In this document: in pieces, positions 7,744 to 17,949 of the stretch
Numbering within the stretch: position 1 is the first letter of the stretch
How the letters are laid out: each line of letters opens with the position of its first letter
Origin: Acidiferrobacterales bacterium
GTDB taxonomy: Bacteria; Pseudomonadota; Gammaproteobacteria; Acidiferrobacterales; SPGG2
NCBI GenBank assembly: GCA_046760105.1
Contig: JBHIDJ010000007.1
Span: 5,111-69,110 of the forward strand
Length of the DNA stretch: 64,000 nucleotides
Reading direction: 5' to 3'
Position numbers and translations under genes: made by a program
Notes under the pieces: model-generated
Databases searched by the model: none
What the model was told of the DNA's origin: nothing
The model's input: only the letters and a program-made list of their open reading frames with translations

Positions 7744-10700
7744 ATGCGAAGAAAGTTTCATCGGTTTGCACTACATATCGGTCGCGGCACCGTACACGTC
7801 GGTCGCTGGACCTGGTATGCAAGTGCGGTGATCCTCGTCATACTGGCGCTCGTTTTCACGGTTGTGCGCGTTGGATTGCCAGCGCTCGCAGAGAAGAAGG
7901 CCGAAATCGAAAAGTTCATCAGTGAAAAATCGAACTACCCAGTTCGCATTGGCAAGCTAGACGCCTATTGGCGCGGGTTGCGGCCCGGGCTGCGAATCGA
8001 AGACCTGGAGATCTTCTCATCCGCGGATCTGCTTCGCGCTGTTCGTTTCGGTGAGGTGCGTGTCAGCCTCGGTTTGCTACCCCTGCTCTGGGGCGAGGTG
8101 CAGATAGACAGTCTAGTCGTTGCAAGACCCAGTCTCGCACTCGAGCGACTTCTAGACGGTAGCCTGCGGGTCACCGGCTTTGCTCCGGTCCAGATCGCAG
8201 GTAAGGCGGGAGATGGCAAGCTCTTACGATGGTTGCTCCAGCAGAAGGAGTTGATTATCGAGGATGGCGAGCTGCAATGGTTCGATCACCTTGGAGAGCG
8301 GCGCGGCCTATACCTCTCTAGAATCAATCTTAACCTGCAAAACGATGCTGATCGTCACCAGTTCGGTATCAGCGCGCAGCTTCCGCGCAAGGTGTGCGGA
8401 GATTGCTCGCTGATTTTTGATATCACCGGCAATCCACTTCTAGATGAAGCGTGGAGCGGACACATTTTCCTAAAGGCGATCGGCCTAAAGCTGAACGGCA
8501 TTCCTGCCGTAGTCCGTAGGACGTTGCCGGCGCAGCTTGCGGGAGAATTCGATGTCCAGCTATGGACCAAGTGGCAAAATGGGAAACTTCGATCGGTCAA
8601 GGGCGATGTCAGCGTAACGGATTTCAAATTGCCATTGAGACGTCTGAATCAGCTTATCGCCGTTAAAGAAGCACGCACCGACCTCGAACTTAAGACAAGC
8701 GGCGACCATTGGGATCTGAACCTAGAGAACTTGCGCTTGGGGCTCAGGGGTCCTGCCTGGACAGCCGGTCATTTGCGGATCGCACATGGTCCTAGCACTA
8801 ACACAGTACGCATAGAGCATGTCAATCTTGATGACCTGACGGCGTTCCTCGTCGAAATTCATGGTAGCAACAAGCTACTTGGCAATCTGCAAGCGCTGCA
8901 ACCGAGAGGCAAAGTGCACGCGCTTGAGTTGCGTATCGTGGGGGATGGAGCCAAGCTAGACGATTATACGTTGGAGGCGCAGCTTGAAGATATCGAAACA
9001 AAACCGTTGCGAAAGATCCCGGGTGTTACGGGTGTCAGCGGGCACCTGTTTGCGCAGGGCCGGCACGGAGCATTTGTTCTCGACGCGCATGACGTGATCT
9101 TGTCCGCCCCGCATGTCTTTCGTGTCCCGGTAAACGCCAGCTCTGTCTTCGGGCGCCTGCAATGGGTCATGCGAGAGCAGTATTGGCAGGTGACGGGTGA
9201 GGATTTGCGTGTTGTCGGTGATGACGGCCGCGGAACGGGCACACTGACGTTGCGCGTGCCCTACGACAGACGGACAAAACCTTATCTCAACCTGCGTGCT
9301 GAATTCGGCGACGGTAACGGTGCGCACGCGAGGCGCTATACCCCCATCAATTTATTAACGGCGAAAACCGTTGCCTGGCTGGACCAATCAATTGTTGCTG
9401 GTCAGGTGACCTCGGGGGAATTGGTTTACGACGGTAACCTCGCCGATTTTCCCTTCCGCGACGGCAGCGGAGACTTCGAGGTTCGGCTGCACGTTGAGGA
9501 CGGTGTCTTTAATTATTTGCCCGGCTGGACGCCGATCACCGGCATCGATGCTGACATCCACTTCAAGCGCAACCGGATGTTGATTACCGGCAATCAAGCG
9601 AAGATAGGGGATCTCAATGTCGACAATGTCATCGCACGCGCCGACGATCTGCGCAAGCGAGGGGATTCGATCGTGGAGGTGAGCGGCACCGCAGTGGGTT
9701 CGGTTACCGAGACGCTGCGCGTCTTGCGCCAAAGCCCCGTCGCACTGCGCCGCCGGGAATGGAAATCCTATCTCGATGTGGCAGTGGGTGCGACCGGACA
9801 GGGCGCTATCAACCTGCAGCTCACCATCCCGGTGCGCAAAGCAGCCGACTTCACCATGACGGGTGAGTATGTTGTGCAAGATGGCACCTTGGATCTCAAA
9901 CTCGCAAGGCTCAAGGCGAAAGGCGTGCACGGACGGGTTGGGTTCGACCAGTCGGGGCCGACGACGGGCAGGCTGCGGGGACAGTTCCTGGGCGGGGAGG
10001 CGGATCTCAACATTACCGGTCAAGCGGGTGACCAACGAGACAAGACGCTGGTGTCCGGACAAGGGGTGTTGACCAGCGCCGGTATCGGCGAGGCGTTTGC
10101 GTGGCCGGTTGCAGATTACCTCCAAGGCACGGGCACATGGCATGGAACTTTGCGCCTGTCGCGGGGCATCCCACGCTTGCACATGGAGGCGGACTTGACA
10201 GCAATGACCAGTGGGCTGCCGGTACCGCTCAGTCGGCCTGCCGGCATATCGGAAAAGCTTATCCTGACGTCGCAAGACGTAGGCCGCGAGCGCCATGTCT
10301 TAAGCTTGCAGGTCGGTGATGTTATAAGCGGCAAGTTAGCTTTCGCCAGGCAGCCCAGCGGTTGGTTGTTGGCTCGGGGGAAAGTCGCCGTGGGGGAGAC
10401 GAGCGTGCGTCTGCCCGAAACCAACGGCTTGCAGGTCAGCGCTCGTGCGGAACAAGTAGATGCGGATGGATGGTTGCGTGTGCTTGCATGGGGTAGCGTT
10501 GATGCAAAACGGCCGCCAGACTATTTAAACCGTTTTAGCGGTGAGTTTAGCTCCGTGTATTTGGTTAATCGCGAATTTGGCCCATTAAAGATCGAGCTGG
10601 CGCGGAATCCCGAAAATTGGCTCGGTTGGCTAAAGGGTGATGCGGCCGACGGACAGATAAAGATTTCCCCAGCAACAAAGGCGTCTACTGCGAAGATAGA

Positions 10701-11607
10701 GCTTGACCTCGAGCACCTTGTGGTTTTGGCTAAGCGACCGACGCCCGAGCGCGTCCTCACGGATCCACGTACACTCCCAACCCTGGGGCTCAAGGTCAAA
10801 TTGTTTCAATATGAGGACAAAAATTTAGGCGCGGTGGATTTTTGGGCCGTCCACACGACGCTCGGCTGGAAGGTCGTCCACTTTAACATCGTGCGCCCCG
10901 AGATGAAGCTATTCTTAAACGGGGACTGGTCGCTCGTTGTTGGTGAGCACTCAACTGAACTCGAGCTGCAATTCAGTACCTCCGATATGGGCGAGACCCT
11001 GCGAGCATTTGGATTGCCCGATCAGATGGAAGGAGGCAAAGTCGAATTAACGGCTGAGCTGTCATGGCAAGGTGCACCGATCGATGCGAGCCTTGCCACG
11101 CTCAACGGAACCGTCGTTGTTGCGGCCGAGGACGGGCGTTTCCTGCGCATTAAGCAAGGCGCTGGTCGCTTATTCGGTGCGCTGGATTTTAGTTCGATTG
11201 GCAAGTTCCTGACCTTGGATTTCGATCCCGTACTCGGAAAGGGTTTACATTTCAAGAAGTTAAGCGGCGATATTGCAATTGAAAACGGTGACGCCTATAC
11301 CCATAACCTTTACATGACAGGACCGGCAGCAGAGATTTCTTTCAACGGACGGATTGGATTTGCGGCGGAGGACTTTGACCTCGCCATGCAAGTGATTCCC
11401 CGCCTCGGCACCAATATTGCCATCTGGCAGCTGCTGGGCCCGCAGGTCGCGATCACGTTGTTGGCGATAGAGAAGCTACTTAAGAAGCAGATTGCCAAGG
11501 GAACCCGTATCACCTATGAGGTCAAAGGGCCATGGCAGCAGCCGACAATCACCAGACTGGGATCACCTGCACCCGATTTTGAAGAAGCTCCAGGGGACCG
11601 GCGCTGA
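7744..11607 (+). CDS. yhdP: YhdP-family (AsmA-like) large envelope protein
   Basis: 1287 aa with one N-terminal TM helix and a very long beta-rich body. It sits directly after rng, as E. coli yhdP does. Confidence 0.8.
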   Translation: MRRKFHRFALHIGRGTVHVGRWTWYASAVILVILALVFTVVRVGLPALAEKKAEIEKFISEKSNYPVRIGKLDAYWRGLRPGLRIEDLEIFSSADLLRAVRFGEVRVSLGLLPLLWGEVQIDSLVVARPSLALERLLDGSLRVTGFAPVQIAGKAGDGKLLRWLLQQKELIIEDGELQWFDHLGERRGLYLSRINLNLQNDADRHQFGISAQLPRKVCGDCSLIFDITGNPLLDEAWSGHIFLKAIGLKLNGIPAVVRRTLPAQLAGEFDVQLWTKWQNGKLRSVKGDVSVTDFKLPLRRLNQLIAVKEARTDLELKTSGDHWDLNLENLRLGLRGPAWTAGHLRIAHGPSTNTVRIEHVNLDDLTAFLVEIHGSNKLLGNLQALQPRGKVHALELRIVGDGAKLDDYTLEAQLEDIETKPLRKIPGVTGVSGHLFAQGRHGAFVLDAHDVILSAPHVFRVPVNASSVFGRLQWVMREQYWQVTGEDLRVVGDDGRGTGTLTLRVPYDRRTKPYLNLRAEFGDGNGAHARRYTPINLLTAKTVAWLDQSIVAGQVTSGELVYDGNLADFPFRDGSGDFEVRLHVEDGVFNYLPGWTPITGIDADIHFKRNRMLITGNQAKIGDLNVDNVIARADDLRKRGDSIVEVSGTAVGSVTETLRVLRQSPVALRRREWKSYLDVAVGATGQGAINLQLTIPVRKAADFTMTGEYVVQDGTLDLKLARLKAKGVHGRVGFDQSGPTTGRLRGQFLGGEADLNITGQAGDQRDKTLVSGQGVLTSAGIGEAFAWPVADYLQGTGTWHGTLRLSRGIPRLHMEADLTAMTSGLPVPLSRPAGISEKLILTSQDVGRERHVLSLQVGDVISGKLAFARQPSGWLLARGKVAVGETSVRLPETNGLQVSARAEQVDADGWLRVLAWGSVDAKRPPDYLNRFSGEFSSVYLVNREFGPLKIELARNPENWLGWLKGDAADGQIKISPATKASTAKIELDLEHLVVLAKRPTPERVLTDPRTLPTLGLKVKLFQYEDKNLGAVDFWAVHTTLGWKVVHFNIVRPEMKLFLNGDWSLVVGEHSTELELQFSTSDMGETLRAFGLPDQMEGGKVELTAELSWQGAPIDASLATLNGTVVVAAEDGRFLRIKQGAGRLFGALDFSSIGKFLTLDFDPVLGKGLHFKKLSGDIAIENGDAYTHNLYMTGPAAEISFNGRIGFAAEDFDLAMQVIPRLGTNIAIWQLLGPQVAITLLAIEKLLKKQIAKGTRITYEVKGPWQQPTITRLGSPAPDFEEAPGDRR

Positions 11608-11616
11608 GGTGGGTGA

Positions 11617-11976
11617 ATGCAGCGTGCTATCAATGGTATGGTTGTGGCACCGATGTTGCAGTTTTTTGTATTGGTTGCGCTACTAACGCCGACTTCGCTG
11701 CTCGCGGAGCGCATAACCATCACCGCCGATCAGTGGGCGCGTCCGCGAAGTGGCGAAGCGATCGTCGGTCTCGCTGGCCTGAATAAGTTGATCGAGGCGC
11801 TCGATAGCCGGCCGGACACCCACATCTTGATACGTCATGCGGCCGGCGAAAACGGGACCCTCTGGGCGGAAGAACTGCGTTCGTGGCTGGTGTCCTTGGG
11901 CGTGCCTTCACGTCGGATTACGCTCAGCGTCGGATTAGATCAGAACGACGCCATCGTCGTCGAAACTGGGCCATAG
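11617..11976 (+). CDS. Small exported hypothetical protein
   Basis: 119-aa ORF starting 10 nt after the yhdP stop. It has a hydrophobic N-terminal signal-like segment (VVAPMLQFFVLVALLTPTSLLA). I recognised no family. Confidence 0.4.
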   Translation: MQRAINGMVVAPMLQFFVLVALLTPTSLLAERITITADQWARPRSGEAIVGLAGLNKLIEALDSRPDTHILIRHAAGENGTLWAEELRSWLVSLGVPSRRITLSVGLDQNDAIVVETGP

Positions 11977-11986
11977 GGTACAAACG

Positions 11987-12835
11987 ATGACTCGAATTGC
12001 TGCCATACAAATGATTTCTAGCCACGATGTTGCAAGCAACCTCAGCGGAGCGGCGCGTTTGATCAGCCAGACCGTTGACGCCGGCGCCAAGCTGGTGGTG
12101 TTGCCCGAGAACTTCGCCATCATGCCCATGAAGGATGCGGAGCGTCTTACGGTGATGGAAAAGGCGGGCACTGGGCCGATTCAGGATTTTTTGTACGCGC
12201 AAGCACAGCAGCATCGGATCTGGCTTATCGGCGGGACTGTGCCTATCGTGGGGAGCCAAAGAAACAAACTGCATGCCGCATGTTTATTGATTAACGATCG
12301 CGGTGAATGCGTGGCGCGTTATGACAAGATCCATCTGTTTGACGTCAAACTCGAAACCGGCGAGGAATATTGTGAATCAGCGACCATCGAGGCAGGTAAG
12401 GACATTGTCGTGACGGATACACCGCTTGGCCGGGTGGGACTTGCGGTTTGCTACGATCTGCGCTTTCCAGAACTGTTCCGCCAGATGCTCGATGACGGCG
12501 CCGAAATCTTTGCCGTTCCATCCGCCTTCACGGCGACCACCGGCAAGGCTCATTGGGATATCTTGGTACGCGCGCGCGCGATAGAAAACCTCGCCTTCCT
12601 AGTTGCTTCTGCGCAGGGGGGCGTTCATAGCAATGGACGTGAAACGCATGGAAACACTATTGTCGTGAATCCGTGGGGAGAGGTGCTTGCCCGTTTGGCC
12701 CAGGGGCCGGGCTTTGTGATCGCGGATATTGATCGTAAACGTATGCACGAGATGCGTAGTGGTTTGCCGAGCATCGAGCATAGGAGATTGAGACATGACG
12801 AAGGCGTTGCAAACGGCGAGAAAATCCCTGCTTGA
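11987..12835 (+). CDS. Carbon-nitrogen hydrolase family protein (Nit/omega-amidase-like)
   Basis: 282 aa. Triad contexts are KLVVLPENF (Glu), YDKIHLFD (Lys) and [14 protein letters not shown] (Cys). Confidence 0.8.
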   Translation: MTRIAAIQMISSHDVASNLSGAARLISQTVDAGAKLVVLPENFAIMPMKDAERLTVMEKAGTGPIQDFLYAQAQQHRIWLIGGTVPIVGSQRNKLHAACLLINDRGECVARYDKIHLFDVKLETGEEYCESATIEAGKDIVVTDTPLGRVGLAVCYDLRFPELFRQMLDDGAEIFAVPSAFTATTGKAHWDILVRARAIENLAFLVASAQGGVHSNGRETHGNTIVVNPWGEVLARLAQGPGFVIADIDRKRMHEMRSGLPSIEHRRLRHDEGVANGEKIPA

Positions 12836-14240
12836 GCCGGCAGGTATCGACGATAGTGATCTCGAGCGGTTAATGGGCCGGCTTCTGTCCCATAAGGTGG
12901 ACTATGCGGATCTGTACTTCCAATACCGCCGCCATGAGGCTTGGTCGTTAGAGGAAGGGCAGGTCAGGTCCGCAAGCCACAATATTGAGCAGGGCGTCGG
13001 TGTGCGTGCAGTCAGCCGCGAGAAGACCGGCTTTGCCTATTCTGACGAAATCGGCCTGCCGCCTTTACTCGACGCCGCCAACGCCGCGCGGGCGATCGCA
13101 CGGCAAGGCCAGAGCGCCAAGGTTCCAGTCAGCTGGCAGGGTGGACGTAGCCTTAATCTATATGCGCCCGTGGATCCGTTGGGAAGCCTGGCAGATGCCG
13201 ACAAGGTGAAGTTGTTGGAGGACATAGAGGCTGAAGCTCGACGCCAGGACGCGCGAGTGAAACAAGTCATGGCGAGCCTCGCGAGCGTACACGAGGTCGT
13301 CATGGTGGTGCGCAGCGACGGGCTACTGGCGGCCGATCTGCGACCGCTGGTACGACTCAACGTGGTCGCGATTGTCGAAGAAAACGGTCGTCGGGAACAA
13401 GGCGTCGCCGGTGGTGGCGCTCGATTGAGCTATCAGTACTTTTTGCAAAACGACACCGCGCTTGGTTATGCCCGCGAGGCTGTGCGTCAGGCCCTGGTCA
13501 ACCTTGAGGCGACAGACGCTCCCGCTGGGAGCACGCAGGTGGTACTAGGACCGGGGTGGCCGGGCATCCTGTTGCACGAGGCCATCGGGCATGGGCTTGA
13601 GGGCGATTTCAACCGAAAGGGCACGTCAGCGTTTGCAGGGCGCATCGGTGAACGGGTGGCGACCGAACCGTGCACGGTTGTTGATAATGGGACACTCGCT
13701 GACCGGCGTGGCTCGTTGAACGTGGACGATGAGGGTACACCTACGCAGAACACGGTACTCATCGAGAACGGCATTCTCAAGCAGTATATGCAGGACACGC
13801 TTAACGCCCACCTGATGGGGATGGCGCCTACTGGCAACGGTCGACGTGAGTCGTACGCGCATGTGCCGATGCCACGAATGACCAATACCTACATGCTGGC
13901 GGGTGACCGCGATCCACGAGAGATCATAGCCTCGGTCGATCACGGCATCTATGCGGTCAACTTTGGTGGAGGTCAAGTTGACATCACGTCAGGCAAGTTC
14001 GTGTTCTCGGCGAGCGAGGCCTATTTGATTGAAAAAGGTAAGGTCACGCGCCCGATCAAGGGGGCGACGTTAATCGGCAATGGGCCTGATGTATTAACGC
14101 GCGTCAATATGGTCGGCAACGATCTTGCTTTTGACACGGGCGTCGGCACCTGCGGTAAAGAAGGACAAAGTGTGCCGGTTGGTGTCGGTCAACCGACACT
14201 ACGTATTGATGGACTTACCGTCGGCGGCACGCAGAGCTGA
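12795..14240 (+). CDS. tldD: Metalloprotease TldD
   Basis: 481 aa. The zinc motif context [16 protein letters not shown] is present, in a TldD/PmbA-family architecture. pmbA follows. Confidence 0.9.
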   Translation: MTKALQTARKSLLEPAGIDDSDLERLMGRLLSHKVDYADLYFQYRRHEAWSLEEGQVRSASHNIEQGVGVRAVSREKTGFAYSDEIGLPPLLDAANAARAIARQGQSAKVPVSWQGGRSLNLYAPVDPLGSLADADKVKLLEDIEAEARRQDARVKQVMASLASVHEVVMVVRSDGLLAADLRPLVRLNVVAIVEENGRREQGVAGGGARLSYQYFLQNDTALGYAREAVRQALVNLEATDAPAGSTQVVLGPGWPGILLHEAIGHGLEGDFNRKGTSAFAGRIGERVATEPCTVVDNGTLADRRGSLNVDDEGTPTQNTVLIENGILKQYMQDTLNAHLMGMAPTGNGRRESYAHVPMPRMTNTYMLAGDRDPREIIASVDHGIYAVNFGGGQVDITSGKFVFSASEAYLIEKGKVTRPIKGATLIGNGPDVLTRVNMVGNDLAFDTGVGTCGKEGQSVPVGVGQPTLRIDGLTVGGTQS

Positions 14241-14280
14241 ATCTCAGCCGATCAGACGAAAGGGTTCATACGGTAAAGGC

Positions 14281-15642
14281 ATGACGTTAGGCACACACAC
14301 AGAAGCTGGATCCGACACGGATCTGACGCAAGAGCGACTGAAGGCCTTGGTCGAACGCATACTTGCGGAGGCTCGCCGTCAAGGCGCGAGCGCCGCGGAG
14401 GCTGCCGTCAGCGTGGCGCAGGGATTGTCCGTTACGGTACGCCTCGCCGAGGTCGAGACGGTGGAACACAACCGCGACAAAAACCTAGATTTAACGGTGT
14501 TTTTTGGACACAAGAGTGCCTCTGCCAGTACCTCGGACTTTAGTGAGGCCGCGATTCACGATACGGTGCGCGCGGCGTGCTCCATCGCTCAATATATGGC
14601 AGAAGACGAATGCACCGGGTTGGCCGACGCTGAGCGGCTGGCCGCGGACATCCCGGATCTTGATCTCTACCATCCATGGCGTCCTGGTACCAAGCAAGCC
14701 ATCGAGCTGGCGCGCGAGTGCGAGACAGCAGCGCGGGGTGTGGATGCACGGATAAAAAATTCGGAGGGTGCCACCGTCTCCAGCCATGAAGGCACAGGGG
14801 TCTATGGCAACACACATGGTTTCATCGCCGCCGTGCCGACTACCCGGCATAGCCTGAGCTGCAGTGTCATCGCACAGGAAAATGGCGGCATGCAACGTGA
14901 TTACTGGTATTCGGTGGCGCGCGACTCCACCGATTTGGAGACGTCAGTGCAAGTTGGACGCAAGGCGGGCGAGCGCGCGTTACGTCGTCTGGGGGCACGC
15001 AAACTGAGCACCCGTGACACGTCAGTGGTATTTGAGGCGCCGGTTGCGTCAAGCCTGCTGTCGCATCTCGTAAGCGCGATACGAGGATCCAGTCTTTACC
15101 GAGAGGCGTCTTTTTTGTTGGACCATATTGGTAAAAAGATATTCACCGACCACGTCAGCATCTGTGAACAGCCCCACATAAAGAAGGCGCTGGGGAGTGC
15201 TGTGTTCGACAACGAGGGAGTCGCCACCGCGACGCGCGATATCGTTGCCGCGGGCGTACTTCAAAGCTACGTGCTCGACTCTTACTCGGCGCGCAAGCTT
15301 GGTTTACACACCACCGGCAACGCGGGCGGCGTCCACAACCTTGAGATCAGCAGGGGCGAACGTGACTTGGCTGCTTTGCTGCGTGACATGGGCACGGGTC
15401 TCTTGATTACGGAGCTGATCGGGTTCGGTGTCAATATCGTAACCGGCGACTATTCCCGGGGTGCCAGCGGATTCTGGGTCGACGGCGGCGAAATCCAGTA
15501 TCCAGTGGAGGAAATCACAGTCGCCGGCAATCTCAAAAGCATGTTCATGGATGTCGTGGCTGTCGGAAGTGATATCGATACGAGAGGAAACATCCGTACG
15601 GGTTCGATCCTGATCGGCAACATGACGGTTGCAGGAGACTGA
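14281..15642 (+). CDS. pmbA: Metalloprotease PmbA (TldE)
   Basis: ATG 14281 (MTLGTHTE...) was chosen. The ORF-track start 14125 would overlap tldD by 116 nt. The sequence is TldD/PmbA-family and the gene is paired with tldD. Confidence 0.88.
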   Translation: MTLGTHTEAGSDTDLTQERLKALVERILAEARRQGASAAEAAVSVAQGLSVTVRLAEVETVEHNRDKNLDLTVFFGHKSASASTSDFSEAAIHDTVRAACSIAQYMAEDECTGLADAERLAADIPDLDLYHPWRPGTKQAIELARECETAARGVDARIKNSEGATVSSHEGTGVYGNTHGFIAAVPTTRHSLSCSVIAQENGGMQRDYWYSVARDSTDLETSVQVGRKAGERALRRLGARKLSTRDTSVVFEAPVASSLLSHLVSAIRGSSLYREASFLLDHIGKKIFTDHVSICEQPHIKKALGSAVFDNEGVATATRDIVAAGVLQSYVLDSYSARKLGLHTTGNAGGVHNLEISRGERDLAALLRDMGTGLLITELIGFGVNIVTGDYSRGASGFWVDGGEIQYPVEEITVAGNLKSMFMDVVAVGSDIDTRGNIRTGSILIGNMTVAGD

Positions 15643-15827
15643 AAGACTCCTACCTGTAGCCGTCGTTTGTCGCTGCCCGCCACTCGGCGATTCGCCTCGT
15701 GACACCGAGTTCCTGATCCCAATCTCATTCTTGCCTGATCGTTGTTTTATTTAGCGCGCTACCGCCTGATCGCAAGCGCGCTTACCCATATAGCGTGTTG
15801 CCATTAGATCCTCTGCGGAAGCAGGAA

Positions 15828-17258
15828 ATGGCAACCGCCCCAATGTTAGAATACAAAACTTTTGCTAGCTCCGTTGAAACTAACCCGATCGAGCGCCAGC
15901 CTATGACGACGGCGACATCACAACAAGAGACGGACCATCTGAGCGCGATTCTCGCGGCATTGGAGAGCGAGCGCACGCAAGAGGTCGGCAGTATCCTGGC
16001 CGGTCTGCATCCCGCCAACATCGCTGACTTATTGGAAGCGATACCGCCTGAACAACGCCACACCGCGTGGCGTCAGGTGGACGCGAAAGTCATGGGTGAA
16101 GTCCTGCTTGAAGTCCCAGAGGCGGTCCGCGGCGACCTGTTGCAGGAGATGGACCACGCGTCCCTGGTTATGGCGGTGCAGGCGCTGGATACCGACGACA
16201 TCGCCGACCTATTGCCTGAGCTATCAGCCGACGTCACTGCCGAGATTCTGTTTTTCATGGACAAGCAGGATCGGCAACGACTCGATGCAGTGTTATCTTT
16301 TCCCGAGGACACAGCAGGCGGGTTGATGGATGTGGATGCGGTGGTTGTGCGCGAAACCGTTACGCTTCAGGTAGTGCTGCGCTACTTGCGCTTGCGCGGC
16401 GAACTGCCTGAGCACATGCACGAGCTGTATGTAGTTGATCACTCGAGTCGCTTGGTCGGCAGCCTGCAACTGGCAAAGGTGGTCACCTCAGATCCAAAGC
16501 TTCGGGTCAGGAGCGTGATGGAGGAGAAGCCGATCAAGTTTTCGGCGCTAACCCCGGACAATGAAGTGGCCGATGCATTTGAGGATTACGATCTCATCAC
16601 TGCACCCGTAGTCGATGAAGACGACCGATTACTCGGTCGTATCACAGTTGACGATGTCGTAGATGTGATCCGTGAAAAAGCGGACCACTCCGTGATGGCT
16701 CCCGCCGGACTGAGTGAAGAAGTCGATATCTTCGCACCGGTCGCACGCAGTGCGCGCGATCGCGCTGTATGGCTAGGGGTCAATCTAATTACGGCTATTA
16801 TCGCCTCTTGGGTGATTGGTCTTTTCGAGCATACGATTGAAAAGGTTGTTGCGCTCGCGGTGCTCATGCCCATTGTTGCGAGTATGGGTGGCAACGCTGG
16901 CACACAGACGGTGACACTCGTTGTGCGGGGCCTGGCCCTCGGAACTATAACCGATGCCAATGCACGGAGATTGCTGATCAGTGAACTGATGGTGGGTGCG
17001 CTCAATAGCATGTTATGGGCTTTGATCGTGGCGGTGGTGGCTATCGCGTGGTTTCACCATTTTGGGCTTGGCTTGATCATCGCACTGGCCATGGTTATTA
17101 ATCTGGTGTTCGCGGCACTCGCGGGCGTCGTGATCCCGGTCGGTGTGCGTCGCTTGGGCGTCGATCCAGCACTGGCCAGCGGCGTGGCGCTAACCACCGT
17201 CACCGACGTAGTCGGTTTCTTTGCGTTTCTGGGACTCGCCACGCTGTTTCTCATTTAA
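15828..17258 (+). CDS. mgtE: Magnesium transporter MgtE
   Basis: An N-terminal cytosolic domain and a CBS pair are followed by a C-terminal multi-TM domain (MPIVASMGGNAGTQT...). The start is uncertain: in-frame ATGs occur at 15828, 15843 and 15903. Confidence 0.85.
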   Translation: MATAPMLEYKTFASSVETNPIERQPMTTATSQQETDHLSAILAALESERTQEVGSILAGLHPANIADLLEAIPPEQRHTAWRQVDAKVMGEVLLEVPEAVRGDLLQEMDHASLVMAVQALDTDDIADLLPELSADVTAEILFFMDKQDRQRLDAVLSFPEDTAGGLMDVDAVVVRETVTLQVVLRYLRLRGELPEHMHELYVVDHSSRLVGSLQLAKVVTSDPKLRVRSVMEEKPIKFSALTPDNEVADAFEDYDLITAPVVDEDDRLLGRITVDDVVDVIREKADHSVMAPAGLSEEVDIFAPVARSARDRAVWLGVNLITAIIASWVIGLFEHTIEKVVALAVLMPIVASMGGNAGTQTVTLVVRGLALGTITDANARRLLISELMVGALNSMLWALIVAVVAIAWFHHFGLGLIIALAMVINLVFAALAGVVIPVGVRRLGVDPALASGVALTTVTDVVGFFAFLGLATLFLI

Positions 17259-17461
17259 GCACCTGTTGTCGGTGACGTGCGCCAGACGCACCGTATTGAA
17301 ACGGCGCGTGATTCCTATACACTCTAGTTGATCGTTCGGTCAGTATTACCGGGGGATAGCGGCCGTGCAAAGTCAATGGAGGCGGCTTCACTCCGTTGAA
17401 ACGACCATTTATCTGTTAAATTTGCTTTGTGCGTGGATTTGTGATTTGTTGAAAGAGACAA

Positions 17462-17869
17462 ATGGTGCCTAATATTCTGAACTTGTTAAAGAAGGCCATC
17501 AACGAGCGGCGTTGCCTTGCACTCCGATATCGTGATCAAGGCGGTGTTCGCGTTGTTGAGCCGCACGCCGCTTATACTCGCGAAAGTGGTGAGGTGGTCG
17601 TCGATTGTTACCAGACCCGCGGTTATTCGTCGTCTGGCAGACAGCCCCCTTTTTGGAAACGGTTTCGCATAAAGAAGATTGCAGCCCTCTCCGTGCTAAA
17701 AGATACGTTTACACCACGCGTGGAGGAAGGATTCAGCAGCGACAAATCGAAGTACAAACGGGATGCGGTGGCCATAGTAGACGACGGTAGACCTACTTAT
17801 ATGTACTCACCCGAGGCGCTCAAAGAGATGGGGCCTTTCCTGCCTGATGACATGCGCAAATATCATTGA
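17462..17869 (+). CDS. Small stand-alone WYL-like domain protein
   Basis: 135 aa. The pattern CLALRYRDQGGVRVVEPHAAY...VVVDCYQTRGYS...WKRFRIKKIAALSVLKDTFTPR follows the WYL-domain consensus (xxY...R.veP.....yl.a.....FrldRI...l...F). The call is by eye only. Confidence 0.5.
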   Translation: MVPNILNLLKKAINERRCLALRYRDQGGVRVVEPHAAYTRESGEVVVDCYQTRGYSSSGRQPPFWKRFRIKKIAALSVLKDTFTPRVEEGFSSDKSKYKRDAVAIVDDGRPTYMYSPEALKEMGPFLPDDMRKYH

Positions 17870-17949
17870 CCTACGCGGTCGCGTGTACGCCAACGTCACT
17901 GCAGCTGCGCCGGTTTAAATCCCCTTAGCCTTCCGCCTCAACCAACCCG

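Noticed and set aside
9388-10296. Long antisense ORFs inside real genes: 302 codons within yhdP, also 35376-36068 over tatA/tatB, 38317-38850 over petA, 61069-61797 over murG/murC, and 27659-28060 over murA
   Set aside because: Each lies opposite a confidently identified gene. They are Arg/Ser/Pro/Ala-rich with no motifs. This is the expected artefact of high GC content.
14125-14280. N-terminal extension of pmbA from the ORF-track start
   Set aside because: It would overlap tldD by 116 nt, and the extension has no PmbA similarity. ATG 14281 gives a normal-length protein.
15643-15796. M-box or other known riboswitch upstream of mgtE
   Set aside because: I could not recognise any conserved riboswitch core. 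Only generic hairpins are present, such as the self-complementary AGCGCGCT pair at about 15762-15791.
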